Shown: positions 39,275-53,985, counted from the stretch's first letter. The stretch is 64,000 nt of DNA from Monocercomonoides exilis PA203 (GCA_001643675.2 LSRY02000032.1:186001-250000), one strand, 5' to 3'. The notes: generated by a model not told the origin, from the letters alone. A program made the numbers and translations.

Positions 39275-41465
39275 ATGTCTTCACCAATAAATTTATTTTT
39301 ACATGATCCTTTAGAAATATACATTGCATGTGCAGAAGGAAATACGAGAATTAGTCGACAAAATTGTACAGTTACAGATATCGGTTTGATGACACACTTA
39401 TTTTTATCATTTTATTTGTCTAAAAATTAATAAATTAACGTAAGAATCACTTCCGAACGGATTGACTGATCAGCAAACGTGCGTTGGAATTATTGGTGCA
39501 TTGCAAATTCCGAATGCATGCTGCCTTGTTGTGGTTAATAAAATGGAGCACATTGGCGATTTTGCGGGCCATTCAATATCGAAGATAGTATCAACATCTT
39601 TATATCCGAGCAAAAATGTTATCCTTGGCAGTCTTAAAAATGATGAGGAGTGTAAATCTGTCAGCATGCAATTACAACTGATTGAAAACGTTTTAAAGGT
39701 TGGATCATTTTACACTTCGAAGCCTTTGCAAAAAGCAGAAAAAACAAAAAATTATGTTGAAATTCCCACATGGTCGCTGGGATGCTCAGTTCAGGAAGCT
39801 GTTAAGTCTTATATGGAAAATAAAGAAAACGTTCCGATATGGAACAATTCCTTCAATTGGAACAGACATCTTGCAGCACCATTTGCAAATTGCAAGCACA
39901 ATGCAGCTATATGCAATATAATTAGAGGATTTGTTACTATGCCTTCTCTTTCATTGGAAAAAGGAAAATTACAGTATTTGTTAATTTCACGTCTTTCTGC
40001 CGATCGTGTTGGGTTCCGTTTGCAACGGAGAGGAGCTGATTCAGAAGGCAACTGCTCGAATTCTGTCGAGACAGAATATGCATTCATGCATTCCGAAGGG
40101 AACACAACAAAGATCTGCAGCTATCTTCAGTGTCGAGGATCAGTTCCATTGCCTTGGTGTCAAATACCTGATCTGAAATATAAGCCGGCTGTGAAATTTT
40201 ACACCGACAGCACGGAAGCTCTTTCAAGAGCCAAAAAATCAGTGGAAAAAATGCATGCACGCCACGGCAATGTGACACTTATCAATCTGCTCGACGACAG
40301 GAAGCACGAGGAGAAACTGTGTTGTGCATATACAGGAGCAATGGAAAAACTTACACAGAAAGATGTTTGTGGTGAATGGCTGAAGTACCACTACTTTGAC
40401 TTCCACCACATATGCCGTAAAATGCACTTTGAGCGCGTTTCTCATCTGCTGCCGATTATCTCATCAGATTTGGATAACTTTGGCCGTTTTGTGTGCTCTG
40501 TGACAAATGGCGATGTTCAGAACGGGAACATTGAGTCTGTTCAAAAGGGTATTTTCCGCGTGAACTGCCTCGATTCGCTTGACAGGACTGGAATCGTGCA
40601 GCATCTCATTGCAATGACTACACTGAGAACTCTCTTTGAGCAGTGCGGCCTTCTTAACTCAAAGGAAGTCATATCTCAAGCGCCTTCATCTGCTTCAGCT
40701 TCAGCTTCAGCTTCTGCTTCTGCTTCAGCTTCCTCCTCCTCCTCTTCTTCTTCAGCTGAACCTTCAGAGGAAAGTTCGGCTCCTCCATTTCCTTCATCGT
40801 CGTATCCAGATGTGGATATGCTGATGAAGGGAGTGTGGTCAGACAATGCGAATGCAATGGCTAATTTGAATACGGGAACAAATGCAATGAAAACAGACTA
40901 CACCCGCACAGGAAAGCGAACAACAAAAGGAGCAATTGATGATGGAATCATTGGCGTGAGGAGATATCTTCTCAATAACTTCGTTCATCCTTTGAAGCAG
41001 GACGAAATTGATTTTTGGCTGGGAAAAGTTGATTGCTCGTCCTCATCGTCCTCTTCCTCTTCTTCATCCTCATCCTCATCCTCTTCCTCTTCATCGGAAC
41101 ACAATGCTTTTCTCTCTTCAGGCAAAATCACTCCTTTGAATCGTTTCTTTATTACGGTGTTTTGGGTTGCAGTATTTTGTATTTTGGTGTCAAATAGAGT
41201 GGCCAATAATGTTACTACAAAAGTTACAGGCACATCGAATTGCTGTTTGATCGCAAAAATGTTGTACACCATCCTATTTGTCGGAGCCATGTTTGTTATG
41301 TCCAAGATCTGTATCTCAATTTTGAAGAATAATTCATCACATTACGTTGCACATTCTCGTTTCGGAGATGAATTTGAGAGACAAGGAAAAGAATGTGGAA
41401 GCGTGAAGGATATGAAACGTGAGCTGGACTCTCTTTGCTCCGAGAAAAAGGAAAAGAAGGAGTAA
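39275..41465 (+). CDS. SAC1: Sac1 phosphoinositide (PI4P) phosphatase
   Basis: Exon 39275-39383, intron 39384-39444. LISRLS..R.G.R...RG.DSEGN..N.VETE, RGSVPL.W.Q.PDLKYKP, CX5R motif RVNCLDSLDRT, KTDYTRTGKRT, two C-terminal TMs, KxKxx ER signal. Confidence 0.93.
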
Positions 41466-41775
41466 CTTTTCTTTTCTTTTCTTTTTTTCTTATTGCTAAT
41501 AATTCTATATGACATTTTTAATTATTTGTGAGGAAAATCATTCAATATAAACAAATGATATTCACCTACATCATTCTCAATCATTGAATAGTTATTCAAA
41601 AAAAAAAATTAGACTGTAAATCAACATTGAGATTGACTCACAAAATTCGACAAGCAGCCGGAAAAAATAAAATAAAACAAAATAAAATTAAACCTTACAA
41701 ACAAACAAACAAACAAAAATGAAACAAAACGAAAAAATAAAATGAACGAAAATTTTTAGATAATACAACTCAAAT

Positions 41776-42610
41776 TCAAGTCGACGTAATAGCAACAACA
41801 AGGCACAAAACAAAACAAAGAACGAATAACTGCTTCAGCAAACGAGATGCTCTTTGAACTTGCCTGTGAATGCGTAATTGTCTTCTATTTCTTGTATTGT
41901 TTTCATCAATAGATAGTGTTCTATACTGCAGTCCAAATGGAGTCAAAACAAGATTTCCCCCTTGTGCTAAATTGACTCGTTCGAACTTATGGCAATTACA
42001 AAAATATAATTTTTTCAATAATTCAGTGCATTGGCGAGAATTTGTCGATAAAAATTCAATTTTTTCAAATGACAGAAAAGGGGAAAAAATAATGATGGCA
42101 GTTAAAAGTTCATAAAACATATAAAACAAAATACCGAAAGTGACGGGTGTCTTCCGCCTTGATGTGTAGGAGGTCTTGGGGCTTGAGGCCTGGCCTCAAT
42201 ATTTCTTTAAAAAAATTCATAATTCATCAGGGTAAAAGAGCAACTCTAGTGAAAAAAAACTTCACACCTTGGATCAACGTTTTCTTTACCCTTTCCATAA
42301 ACAGGGATGACACTGCTTTTAGTACAATCAGCGTGACATAAAGGGCAACATGGAACTTTTGCAATCCACTAAAAATTCAAATAAAAAGAAATTCCCATCA
42401 ATTTTTATTATAACACAAAAAACTTTCATAGATTTTTTTTGAGATAATAATTCGAACCTCATTTAAACAAGACCAACAATAAAGATGCCCGCATTGAGTA
42501 ACTACCGGCTCGGAAGGCATATCATGGCAAATATGACATAAAAAATCGAATTCATTTTTTATGCTCTGGGGTGATGTGATTGAAGAATCTCCTTCAAGCT
42601 CAGCACTCAT
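41776..42610 (-). CDS. RNF5/RNF185/RMA1-like tail-anchored C3HC4 RING E3 ligase (multi-exon)
   Basis: FLCHICHDMPSEPVVTQCGHLYCWSCLNE|WIAKVPCCPLCH...VIPVYGKG...DPR..RPQAPRP; C-terminal hydrophobic helix. Confidence 0.85.
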
Positions 42611-42999
42611 CCAAATAAAAATAAAAATGTTTTAATGGGCAAATATTTTTTCAAAGAAATCTCAAACACATAAAAAAATTTATTTAAGTGCTTTCAAAAA
42701 CATCACTTAGATATTAGAATTTTATTGGTTTCGGTTCGAAAATTTTTAAGTGTTGCTCTGAAATTTTTTTTTGAAAAAAACTTTTATCACTTAATCAAAT
42801 ATCAGAATAAAATGAAAAAAAAAGAATCCATCTATAAATCGAAATTGCTATAAATAAAACAATACATGTTGTGAATTTATCAATTTAATTGTGAACTTCA
42901 ATAATAAAAAACTTAAAACATAACAACGAAAGGAATGTTGGGTGAATGAAAATGAAAAATCCTGCGCTCTGTGACTTGAAGATGAATAATAGACTTATT

Positions 43000-44068
43000 T
43001 CACATCAGAGGCGTTGCAGTAAAAATTATTGTGATTGCTCTGGAAAGATTTTTCTTGGTTGAAAAAGACTTCAGTTCTGCGTATTATTAAATACTTGTTC
43101 TGCTCCTTCCGCGCGCTCTCAAACATGCATCTCATTGTTACCGTTGCTACGGATAAGATCTGAAAGTGGAAGATTATCAATCTGTTAGGAACACGTTCAG
43201 GGATTTTTTTGGAGAGGAAAAGTGAAGAAACAATAAACGGAATATTTGACACTTTTTTTGAGCTTGGAAGCAGGATCATGCCATCATGCGCAACGATGAA
43301 TTTCCTTAATTTATTTTGCTTGGAGGAATGCATTTTGAACGAAATGAGCAAGGATTCTATGAAGCTAGGGAAGATACTATTCCTCCGTGTTGGCTCACTT
43401 TTCCATGTGAGTGTTGGAGAATCGGAGGATCAAAACAAATACAGATTGCAAATAATGTATTTTCATGGGCCTGGGCTGCTTTTGCGATTTTTCCTGGCTG
43501 GCAGAAGAGCAGATTTCGACTTGAGCAAAACTCACGATTTGCAGAGCAAGCGTTAACTTTGATTTACTGGCGCATTTACAGGGTTCACGACAAGAACCAT
43601 ATGAAAAACGAAAAGACATCCGAGAAGGATTTGCTAAAAATTTGCTGTTTTGATGAGAGAGGCAGGAGATAATCGAAAAGATTGTGCTGCTTGATTGGAA
43701 AACGCATTCATTTATCTTTGGAAAAGCATTTCATTTTCTGCAGCTCGCTCCATATCACCAATAAATTTAGATGAACGCATGCGAATGCTCACATCCAAAC
43801 GCCAAAAAGGAATCGGAAAAATAAACATTTTGAAAATCGATCGATATTTTTTTTCTTCATTGCAAGATTTTTCTCGCAATAATCAAATTGAAAAGCAAGG
43901 ATATATGCAGAGTTCTATCGTTGAGAACAGCTGAGATTCTGAGATGGAAATGAACGGAAAATGAGTGAAAACGACAAGTAATACACGAAAAATTGAAGGC
44001 AAGAAAGAAAATGGAAGCATAACATATGCTAAATGATAGAATACTCTATCAGATGAAATGAATTAGGC
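43000..44068 (+). mobile_element. Highly degenerate retroelement relic (RT plus RNase H, probably DIRS-like)
   Basis: FLVEKDFSSAYY*ILV near 43052-43099 resembles RT motif DLKSAYHQI. KINILKI near 43820 and NTLSDEMN at 44040 resemble DIRS RNase H HINxLE and NxxADxLSR. The three motifs are in the expected order. Confidence 0.45.
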
Positions 44069-44082
44069 GCAAAAGATAGGTT

Positions 44083-47000
44083 TCACGTTTCTGTTTGGGT
44101 GCTTCTGATTTCCGAATCGATGAGCGTCTCGCTTCCATCGACATTGTCTGTGGCATTCTCAAAGCCAATTGCATCTGTAACTGTGAGGATCGCAGCACCA
44201 GACGGGAAATGAGTTATAAAGTCTCTTTTGAGCTCAAAAAGAGAAGGGCGTGCAGACGGCGATTGTGACACGCAATTCTTCACAAGGATATAGAAAGCAG
44301 AACATTGGACAACGTCCAATTTTGGCCTTTCGCCTTTTGTAATTTTGTCTCCAGCTATTACTGCCTCATACTCGCCAAACGGGATCTCCAGCGTCAGACT
44401 CTCCCACAGCATCATCCCAATCGAGAACGCAACTGTCTTCTTTGTTGCTCCCATCTTCTTGTTGATCAGCAGCTCTGGTGCCTTCCACCGCAGACACTCT
44501 TTTTGAAGTCATCCTCATCCTCAAAGGCCGACGAAGGTGGTGGTGATTTTGAGAATCTCTCGCTCTTCACAGAAACATCAGAGGAAGAGGTGACAATTGT
44601 CGAGGTGGAAGAAGAGATGGATGAAGTGTCTGAGTCTGAGGAGCAGTCGGAGTGGAGGGCAATGCAGATAACCATGTGTTCTGAGAAGAGAACAATGTGA
44701 GGGCTGAGGTTGGTAAGAGAAGGCAATTCGTTTTCTTCATCAAATGAATGGAGTGCGAGATTGGCCACCCAGAACAGGATCTGAGCAGCTGTCATCTCCC
44801 TCTCTTTCAAGGATCCGATTGCCATCTCCTTTGTCTTGTTCCTTCCATGAAGAAGCATGAACAGCGAATCCCTCAAGTCCACAATCAACTTTTCGTGAGG
44901 CGATGAACATGCCATAGCATCCACCAGATTCGACATGGATGAGGTGGTTGGACACAGATCCTCCCCCGAACAAACGTGGATTCAGTGTCTGAAGTGTCTG
45001 TGGTTGAAGTGGATGAGATGGATGGTGAAGGCGATCTCTTTCTTGTCTCTTCCTCATCATCAACCTTCTCCAGCACCCATTCGGGGATCTTGTCCGAGTC
45101 TTTTCCCAAGATGTATTCAGTGGAGCCACTCTCAGACAGAAGGTGCTCTGATGACTCGGAATGCTCCATATTCGTCTCATACACCCTCTTCTTGATCCTC
45201 TCCTCATTCTTCTTCTCTGCCTCCCTCTCAGCCCTCCGCCACTGCTCCTCGGGTGACATCTCCATCGTCACCATCTCGAATGCCTTCGGATCCTTCTTCA
45301 CTGTGTCATTCACAATCACTTCCAGCTCTTCAGTCCTTCTCTTTTGCTTTCTCCACCTAATAGTCACAGCAACAATTATCAACAACAAGACGATAAATAC
45401 AATGCAAGAAACAACAATTATAATCCACAATGAATTGACTCCTTTTCCACTTTCAACAGATTTTTCTTCTTCTTTTTGCTTGGGCTCGCTTCTATTCTTC
45501 AATATGAACGATTCGGTTTTTGATGGAAACGATGGATTTCCAAACAGAATGCTCACAGCAACTTCTGTCTCTGCGAGTGCAGTTGTCAAATTACTGCTAT
45601 GAATTACACATTCGACTTCTCCTTCCGAGATGAATCCGTCTTCATTAAAATCATACTTCTCAATCAGCTTCTCATCGCCTGTTGTGTATGTCAAACCGAA
45701 AGACAGACCACATGGCAGAAACAATGATCCTTTGAACCTGATTTTGTTGTATTCCTCAGCTTCTGATCCCACAACCAGGGCAGATTCCAGTTTGGGAATG
45801 AAGAAAGGTGATTCTCTCTCCCCTGCTATTCCACCAAGTGTGCATCCATCATTCAGAACCCATAGTGAAGAATTGTCCTTCACTCCATCTCCACCTTTCA
45901 AGCTGGAAATTGTTATTGAGGCAGAATCAGAGCAGATGATGTTTCGGCGAAGGGAGGGATATTTTTCAATGAAAGGATTATTGTTTGCCAGCATTCCCAT
46001 TTCGATAAATGTTCTTCCTCCTTTTATAGTTATTCCTCCTTTCGATGAATTCTTTATCATTATTTCTTTTGACTGAAGATTGGAATTTTCAATGTGCACA
46101 AGAGATCCATTCCATTTGCAGATTCCATCAGCAGCAATATCATTTCCCAACTCTTGTTGATTTGCAAGCATTCCTGAAAAACTACATGAGCTCAACGAAA
46201 TGTTTTCCGAATCACAGATATTTATAATGCTCCCTTTATGTGTTGTGGAAATGCAAGATTCACAAGAACAATTTGAAAACATTGCATGAGTGAAAGATGA
46301 AAGAGACACTGAGAGAATGGAGGCATCTGGCGAGTTGCGAGTGCAATTCTCGAATGAAGCGCTCACAAGAGATATTGTTTCCAAAGTTATATCGTTTATT
46401 GAAAAGATGCAACCTTCAGATAGATTCGCCCCATCAACAGATACTCTGTCAAATACAACATTTTTGCAGTCTCCAAGCTCAAATACATTTTCTGAAGCTT
46501 CAATCTGTTTCAATTTCGCATTTGCCAACGAAATGCGATCTCCACTCAACAGAAAAGAAGGCTTATTGAATGAAAGGAATGAGATTGAGCAGTTGTCAAC
46601 ATGAAGAATTCCATTTTCTATGCTCAGCAATGTGGAATTAAGAACAACAGCTTCAACGCTTTCTGACTCTCCAACTGAAGAGAAATCAACAAATGATAAA
46701 GAAAGTTCCCCACTTGCTTGATGAATGATAGAACTTCCTGAATAAGAAAATGGCTGACCAAAGTTGAAATTCAATCTCTCAATCCGAACTTTCCCTGATG
46801 TTGTGATAACATTTCCCTCATCATAACTAGCAATTGTTGAGTTCAGATGCACCAAAGCGGTAGAAGGAGATTGCAATGAGCGAATGGTCACATCATGAAC
46901 ATCGCATTTCTGGAAGATATCTGTTTCCCCTAAGATCAACAGCTGTGAGAATAACGATGGAATGATGTGTTGAACTCCATCATTCAATGAATTGCATGGC

Positions 47001-50000
47001 ATGCTGAACTCTCCGCATTGCTTGCTATCTGAATGATTATCTGCAACAGAAGACACAAATATCGTCTCGCTCTGATATTTCACAACCCTCAACAAAAGAT
47101 CTTCTTCATCCAGAAATGTGTCTGCTGTGCAACCCCATATTGCGAGCTCCTTCACAAATGGAGCTCTGAAATCCAGCAAGAATTGTTCATCTGCTATTTG
47201 ATTTTCTATTGAGTGACACCTCACATACACGTCTCTCCCTCTGAACGCAGAGTTGTCTTTGAATGTGATATTGGAGAGAACAAAATTCAGTGGTTGTTCA
47301 ACTGTTGAAGTGCATCCCAGAAACAGCCAGCCACCTCTTCCAGTGGTTGAGCAGAAGCACTCAGAAATCGAGCAAAATGAGCAGTCAAACTTTCCTCCCT
47401 CATTCAACACACAAAACATCCCTCCTCCCTTTCCACACTTCAACCCTCCACACTTCCTCATCGTTGTGTTTCTAATAACCATTTTCAATGGCTCATCATC
47501 ATTGGTATTTCGAATGATGGGAATATCATTGGTTGTGTTCTGGGTGACTTCTTCGAATAAACTCCACTCAATAACAATATCTTGTTCCTCTTCATTTTTT
47601 TCTCTCCCTGAACTCTTTGATATGCTCAATCCACTCGCCCTATCAAGTTGAACGTCCTTCATTGTCAGATTTTTGATATTCAGAATTGTTGATGATAGCA
47701 CAGAAATAACATCTTTTTCAAAGCGCAATGATTGGATAGATTCAAAATTCAACAAAACAGCTCCTACATCTGCTTTGATCAGCCCAAAGTTAATCATTTC
47801 TTCTCTATTGTCTCCTTTTTTAGTGAACGAACAATCTTTCACCGTCAACAGTCCTTCGCTTGATCCTATATGCATCAAATAGTTGATTCCGCTTGTGAAT
47901 GAAGATGGAATCACAAACTTCATCAGCTCGAAATTGGTGATGCCACAAATCTTCATTGCTGCTCCTTCTGCTCCTTTAAGAGATGAAGCAGATTCCAAAG
48001 TGCACACTTCTTCATCACTTGATTTTATTGAAACTCCGCTGATATCAACACATTTCTGAAGGACACCTTTTCCAATGATATTAATATTCCTTTCATTTCC
48101 TTCTGGCAGTCTTGTCAACGAATGTTCCATCGACAGACACGGATAATCCAAGAATCCACAAATACACACATCCTTTCCATTGCCCCCAATAAATATCTCT
48201 AACCCAAGTGAGAACCAAAAGTACACCAGTGGAATTGCATTTGTTGTGTCACTTCCATCAAAGCCTCTCATGGAATCCAATGAAACATCAACAAGATTCT
48301 CAGATACAAATGGAAGCGAGGCATTTGTGATGCTCTTTGCCAAGTTAGGCGATTCGACAAACAGGTCATTTCCATATTTTGCAACATTTGGCTTATCTGT
48401 ATCAAAAATGGGGGATGAGATCACAAACGAAGAATCGTCATCAATCAGCTTCAGTGCCATCCCTCCTCCAAAACCAGTTTTATCTTCTCCTCCTGGAGCT
48501 GTGCAACCTGTGAATGCGCATGAAATAATATTCAATTGAGTGTTCATCTTCATCTGCACGAAAACAGCACCTCCTCTGCTTTCGTCAGATTGCACACAAC
48601 ACTCAAAAGTGCACTCTTCAATATTGATTGAAACGTTTTCGTTTTCATCATTGCTGTTATCAATGCTGATGCAGCCTCCGCTTCCAGCAGCCCTATCTAT
48701 TGCTGTAGCATGGCATTGGCTTGCGTTTAAATATTGAATGTTTCTGCATTCAATCAAACATCCGTTTTGCTCACCATTTCCGGAAAAGTTGCTTTCCATA
48801 ATTTCGATCGAAGGGGCTCCTCCGCTTCTTCCATCAACAACAATTGCACTTGTCTGCCATCTGATTGCATTCCCAAACAGATTGCTTATCATCACTTCGC
48901 CTCCTTCAATCTTCACAAAGGAGATATCCAATTGATTTTCAGATGCCATAACCCCACAATTCTGAATTGACAATTTGTTGGAAACACAATGGAAAACACA
49001 CTCATAAGATGCAATTCTTTCTTCAAGAGAAAATACCACTTCACTAAATGTGGTTTGGATGTGCGTCTCGAATACTCCGATTTGAATTCCTGAAAAAACA
49101 AATGAAATTCCATAATGTGAAGCATTTCCATCTCCAGTCACAATCCATTCTTTTGAGTCCATCCTCAGTTCTTCTCCAAACGAAAACGGCGAATCCAGTT
49201 TTATCGATTTTTTTTCACCAGAAAATCTCAATCCCACTGCTTTTGTGATTGTGTTGCATGGAATCTGAACATATCCACACCCGCTGAAATCATGTGCATT
49301 CTGACCACCAACATGACATGGTGCTGTGAAGTTATTCCACAGATAAACCACAAGCGGAATTTCACATCCTTCATTTGTTGTTGATCTCTCAAATCCATTC
49401 AGCTTATCCAACTCGTTCATATCGGCATCGAAGCAAAATATTGCTGTGCTTGTCACAATGCTCAAATCATCTGCATCTAAAAACACATCTTTCCCTTTCT
49501 TTCCTTTGCATCCATCAAATTGCACGCTCCTCAAAACAAAATCAGATGCTTCCTCATCCAAATATATATATATCCCTCCTCCCAATCCTTTGCTGCCTTC
49601 AATATTTGTGGATGCTTCGCAACTCGAAAAGCACATCTTTTTCACTTGTTCATTTTCATTTCCGTTGCTTGAAAGAGATTCTGTACCATTGCCAATACTG
49701 AAAGATGATCCACTTTTCATCTGCACCCACAACCCTCCTCCATTCCCCCCTTCACTTTTACAAGAACTAAGATTTCCTTCTTCAAACATCAAAGAGCAGC
49801 TGCTTTCAAGTGTGCATTCTATTGCTCCCCCGTTTTGACCTTTCACTGCAAAGTTCGAAATGCCAGTTCGAATGATTTCAATTATCTTTGCATCTGTTGT
49901 GGAGATAAGACGTGAGGATGCGATTCCTTCTGATGAAACGATCGAAGAAATATCACTGTCACTCATTTGAAGAGAAGCGTTGCACCTCACTTCTATTAAT

Positions 50001-53000
50001 CCTGATGCATAATTTGTGACAATTTCATTCAGTTGAACGCTTTTCAAGTTGGCTTCTGTGCTGCTTCCAGATAACGAGATCAATGGACATCCATTCAAAA
50101 CGATTGATGAAGCCAAGAATGAATCAATAGCCAAGGGTCCTGAATTAACAGACAAAAACATACATTCCAATTCTGATGATGGATTTTGAAGGGAAAGAGA
50201 ACACTGAGACAAAGTTAATTGAGAAGAAGAAGAAATGAAAGTGGAATGAAGAGGAAGGGAAGATGGGAGAGAGAAGATGAGCCTTGACAATTCAGTTTCA
50301 ATGGTTGCTGTTAACAACGCTGAATTGGATGTTGTGCTTGCGTCAGAAACTGTCCAACCACTTTGATCATCATTTCCTCGAATAACATGCTTCTGGCTGG
50401 ATAAAACAAATTCATCACAAACAGGAATTGTTCCCTTCACAATAACTTTCTTTTCTTCTGTTTGATGTGTGAGTGAGTGCTTCAAAGTCAAACAAGGGAA
50501 TTGAGCAATTCCGCAATGTAAATGATCATATGACTCAGCGTTACTCACATATATTTCTTCTGGTGTGGGAAGGAGATAAATGCACAGAGGGATAGCAACA
50601 CTCGTATTTCCGTTGTCGAATCCTCGCACTCTATCAGCAGAATCTGTTGATGCTGTTACGCATGTGATATTTTGTGATTTTGCGATAACTTCCAGATTTG
50701 GTGAAAGGACAAAGATATCTCTTCCCCATTTGGCTGTGTTTGCTCCAAAGGAAGATGATATCAGGAAATCTGGATTTTCATTCAGCAATTGAAGAAGGAT
50801 TCCTCCTCCAAGTCCATTCAATGTGGAGCAAAAGCACTCATCAAAAGATCCGCCATTCACTTTCACTTCATTTCCATCACCGACACACAGTATCATTGAA
50901 CCTCCATCAGTCGATGTTGTGCTTCCACATCCAAAAAACGAACAAGAATTCAGCTCAATACTTGCCTTATCGTTGGAAAACGAAATCACAGCTGCTCCGC
51001 TGGTTGTTCTTTCTATTCCATCAAAGGCACACTCAGACAATGTTAATGAAATTTCATATGTTGAAGAAAGCGAAAATAACGAAACGGCGGAGATAGCCTT
51101 TGCCCAATTCACACGTTCCATCTGCAACACCCCATTCTGAATATTTATCAACTCTGTAGAAAATGCTGTTTGAGCTGAGTGTCCGCTTCCAGCAGATATA
51201 TTTAATCTGCTGATATGCATCTCTCCTGTTCCAACGATCTCAAACAGCTTTGAGCCACGATTATTTACATGTGCCGAGTTATGAACAAGGGAAATGTCAT
51301 TCACAGTCAAAGTGCCTGTTGAGGCAGAAAAAAGAGACAAGCCAGCTGCTTCTAATTCTGTTTGGATTGTTGAACTCAAGTCACTTTCTCCATAAATCGA
51401 TAAACCATCTGCTCCACAATCCACATTTTTTGTCACGATTATTATTCCAGTGAGTATTTTGATATCCTTCACAAATTCTGGAATCAGTTGAGTCAAACAA
51501 TAGCTGATGGTGCTGCATGGATAAGATTCATTAATTCCACATACAAATGCATCCATTGCATGAGGTTGTGTTTCAATCGAAGAAACAAATCTGACTCTTC
51601 CTCCATCATTCCTTAGCCATTCACTTCGATCAACGATTGAATAGAAGTCTATACCAACACGAATTCCAGTCTGACGAGTTGAATAGCAATTTCTGTCTAT
51701 CGCATTGCTGCTTTGATTTTGTAAGAGAATATCACAACCTCCAACGCCTCCCGTGTTTTCATGGAAAAAGCAAAAAAATAAGACTTTTATCGACACATTT
51801 TGAGAGCCACTTATTGAGATACCTCCACCTCCCCAAAAGGCATAATTCTTTGTAAATTGGCAATTAGAAATGTTTGGATATGCGATCATATTCCAAATCT
51901 GAGTCCCTCCTCCAATTGGCGATGAAGAGTTTGACGTTGTGCAGTTGTAAAACAAACAATCGGAAATACAATCACCGGTTGCATTGTTTGATTTCGCATA
52001 AACACACAATCCACCACCATCGTTGCCTGCAAAGCAATTTCTGAATGAGCTATTTTTAATGATGTATGTATTCTGAGGACTTTCGATGCAAATTGCGCCT
52101 CCCTCTTCATCAAAGTTTCCATTCGTAGCTTGGCAGTTCAAAAAAATAGAGTCACAAATGGAAATCTGAGAAATAGATGCTGCGTATATTGCGCCTCCCC
52201 TTCCACTTTGCGCAATATTTCCTTGAAAATAGCAATTTGAAAGAGTGAGGGTGGATGCAGTGTTCCCTGTTATATGAATGGCGCCTCCATTTGTTGTTGA
52301 ATTGCAATCAATCCATTCAGAATTACTCAATGACACCGAGTCTGAAGTGTTGATCCTGCTTTGGCTTGTATATCCATCATTGCGACCTCTGTTGCTGATT
52401 ACAGATGTATTTTTGCAATGAAAACGGACAGCACCTTTCAGACCAAAAATGACAGAGCCAAAAAATGCATTTTCTGTTGAAATCAACAGGCAGTTTTCAA
52501 TGGAGCTTTCCTCCGTTTTTCTTCCAATGGCACTGGGCTTGTCCGTTTGCAATAGCTTTCCTTCTCTTGTGATGTTGTGTATGATTGTATTTTTGATGGA
52601 AAAAGAGTGGCTGTCAATCCCACAAATCAGCCCACTTCCACAGAACCTCAAATCGCTGACCAAGCAATTATCCATTGAGATTGATGACTCTTTCCCTTCA
52701 GCAAAGCAGATGGACTGCACAGCTTCGTTCTGCGATTCGTGCTCAAGCGTCAAATTGACAAAGCGGAGAACAGATTCTCGATTTTCAAAAGAAATTGGAG
52801 AATTGGCATCTCTCACCAAAATACTTGAACAAATGCAAACAGCCGAATATTTTTCAACGATGAAAAGGCTTCTTGTCTTCTGCTGCACGAAAGCCATTCC
52901 AACAAGCATACTCGAGGCATTTTGAGTCCTCCATGTGCCTGCCACCTCTGACATCAAACCAGAAAGATCATTTTTCCAATCCTCTTCCATCTGCTTCCTG

Positions 53001-53197
53001 TTCCCTGTATCTCCCAATGCACACAACCATTCTTTGTTTTTGGTTCCTTCGTTCTCGAGAGGGTGTTTCAATCTCATCTTCGTTATCCGTCCTTTCTTCA
53101 AGCCCATTTTGTCCGATGCTCCATCCCCCAAGCAAAACCCAGTGCTCTCGCTGCTGCAAACACCACCAAGCACCAAGAAAGAAAATATCAAAATCAT
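44083..53197 (-). CDS. Giant (~3000 aa) single-pass surface receptor: signal peptide, tandem Cys-capped right-handed beta-helix modules, TM, C-lobe-only pseudokinase; two single-base frameshifts in the tail
   Basis: MILIFSFLVLGGVC signal peptide; GG[AG][ILMV] repeats; five D..CG....PC.[TS] caps; TM LWIIIVVSCIVFIVLLLIIVAVTI followed by RWRKQK; tail [RWKAPE]..AFSIGMMLWE.LT.EIPF..GERP..C.SQSPSARPS. Adding one base at the G5 (44963-44967) and A5 (44500-44504) runs restores the frame. Confidence 0.85.
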
Positions 53198-53255
53198 CTT
53201 TTTGGGATGATTAAAAAAAACAGAAATTATGGAACATTTTTTGTAATTTTTAATT

Positions 53256-53401
53256 TTTTCTTTCTTTCTTTCTTTCTTTTTTTTTTCTTTCTTTCTTTCT
53301 TTCTTTCTTTCTTTTTCTTTCTTTCTCTTTCTTTCTTTCTTTTTTTCTTTCTTTCTTTCTTTCTTTTTTTCTTTCTTTCTTTATTTCTTTCTTTCTTTAT
53401 T

Positions 53402-53441
<40 letters not shown>

Positions 53442-53547
53442 TTTCTTTCTTTCTTTTTCTTTCTTTCTCTTTCTTTCTTTCTTTTTTTCTTTCTTTCTTT
53501 CTTTCTTTTTTTCTTTCTTTCTTTATTTCTTTCTTTCTTTATTTATT

Positions 53548-53583
<36 letters not shown>

Positions 53584-53671
53584 TTTCTTTCTTTCTCTTT
53601 CTTTCTTTCTTTTTTTCTTTCTTTCTTTCTTTCTTTTTTTCTTTCTTTCTTTATTTCTTTCTTTCTTTATT

Positions 53672-53711
<40 letters not shown>

Positions 53712-53813
53712 TTTCTTTCTTTCTTTTTCTTTCTTTCTCTTTCTTTCTTTCTTTTTTTCTTTCTTTCTTTCTTTCTTTTTTTCTTTCTTTCTTTATTTCT
53801 TTCTTTCTTTATT

Positions 53814-53853
<40 letters not shown>

Positions 53854-53941
53854 TTTCTTTCTTTCTCTTTCTTTCTTTCTTTTTTTCTTTCTTTCTTTCT
53901 TTCTTTTTTTCTTTCTTTCTTTATTTCTTTCTTTCTTTATT

Positions 53942-53985
<44 letters not shown>

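Noticed and set aside
42340-42370. Suspected frameshift in RING gene exon 2
   Set aside because: Recounting gives TGG ATT GCA AAA GTT CCA, which is in frame
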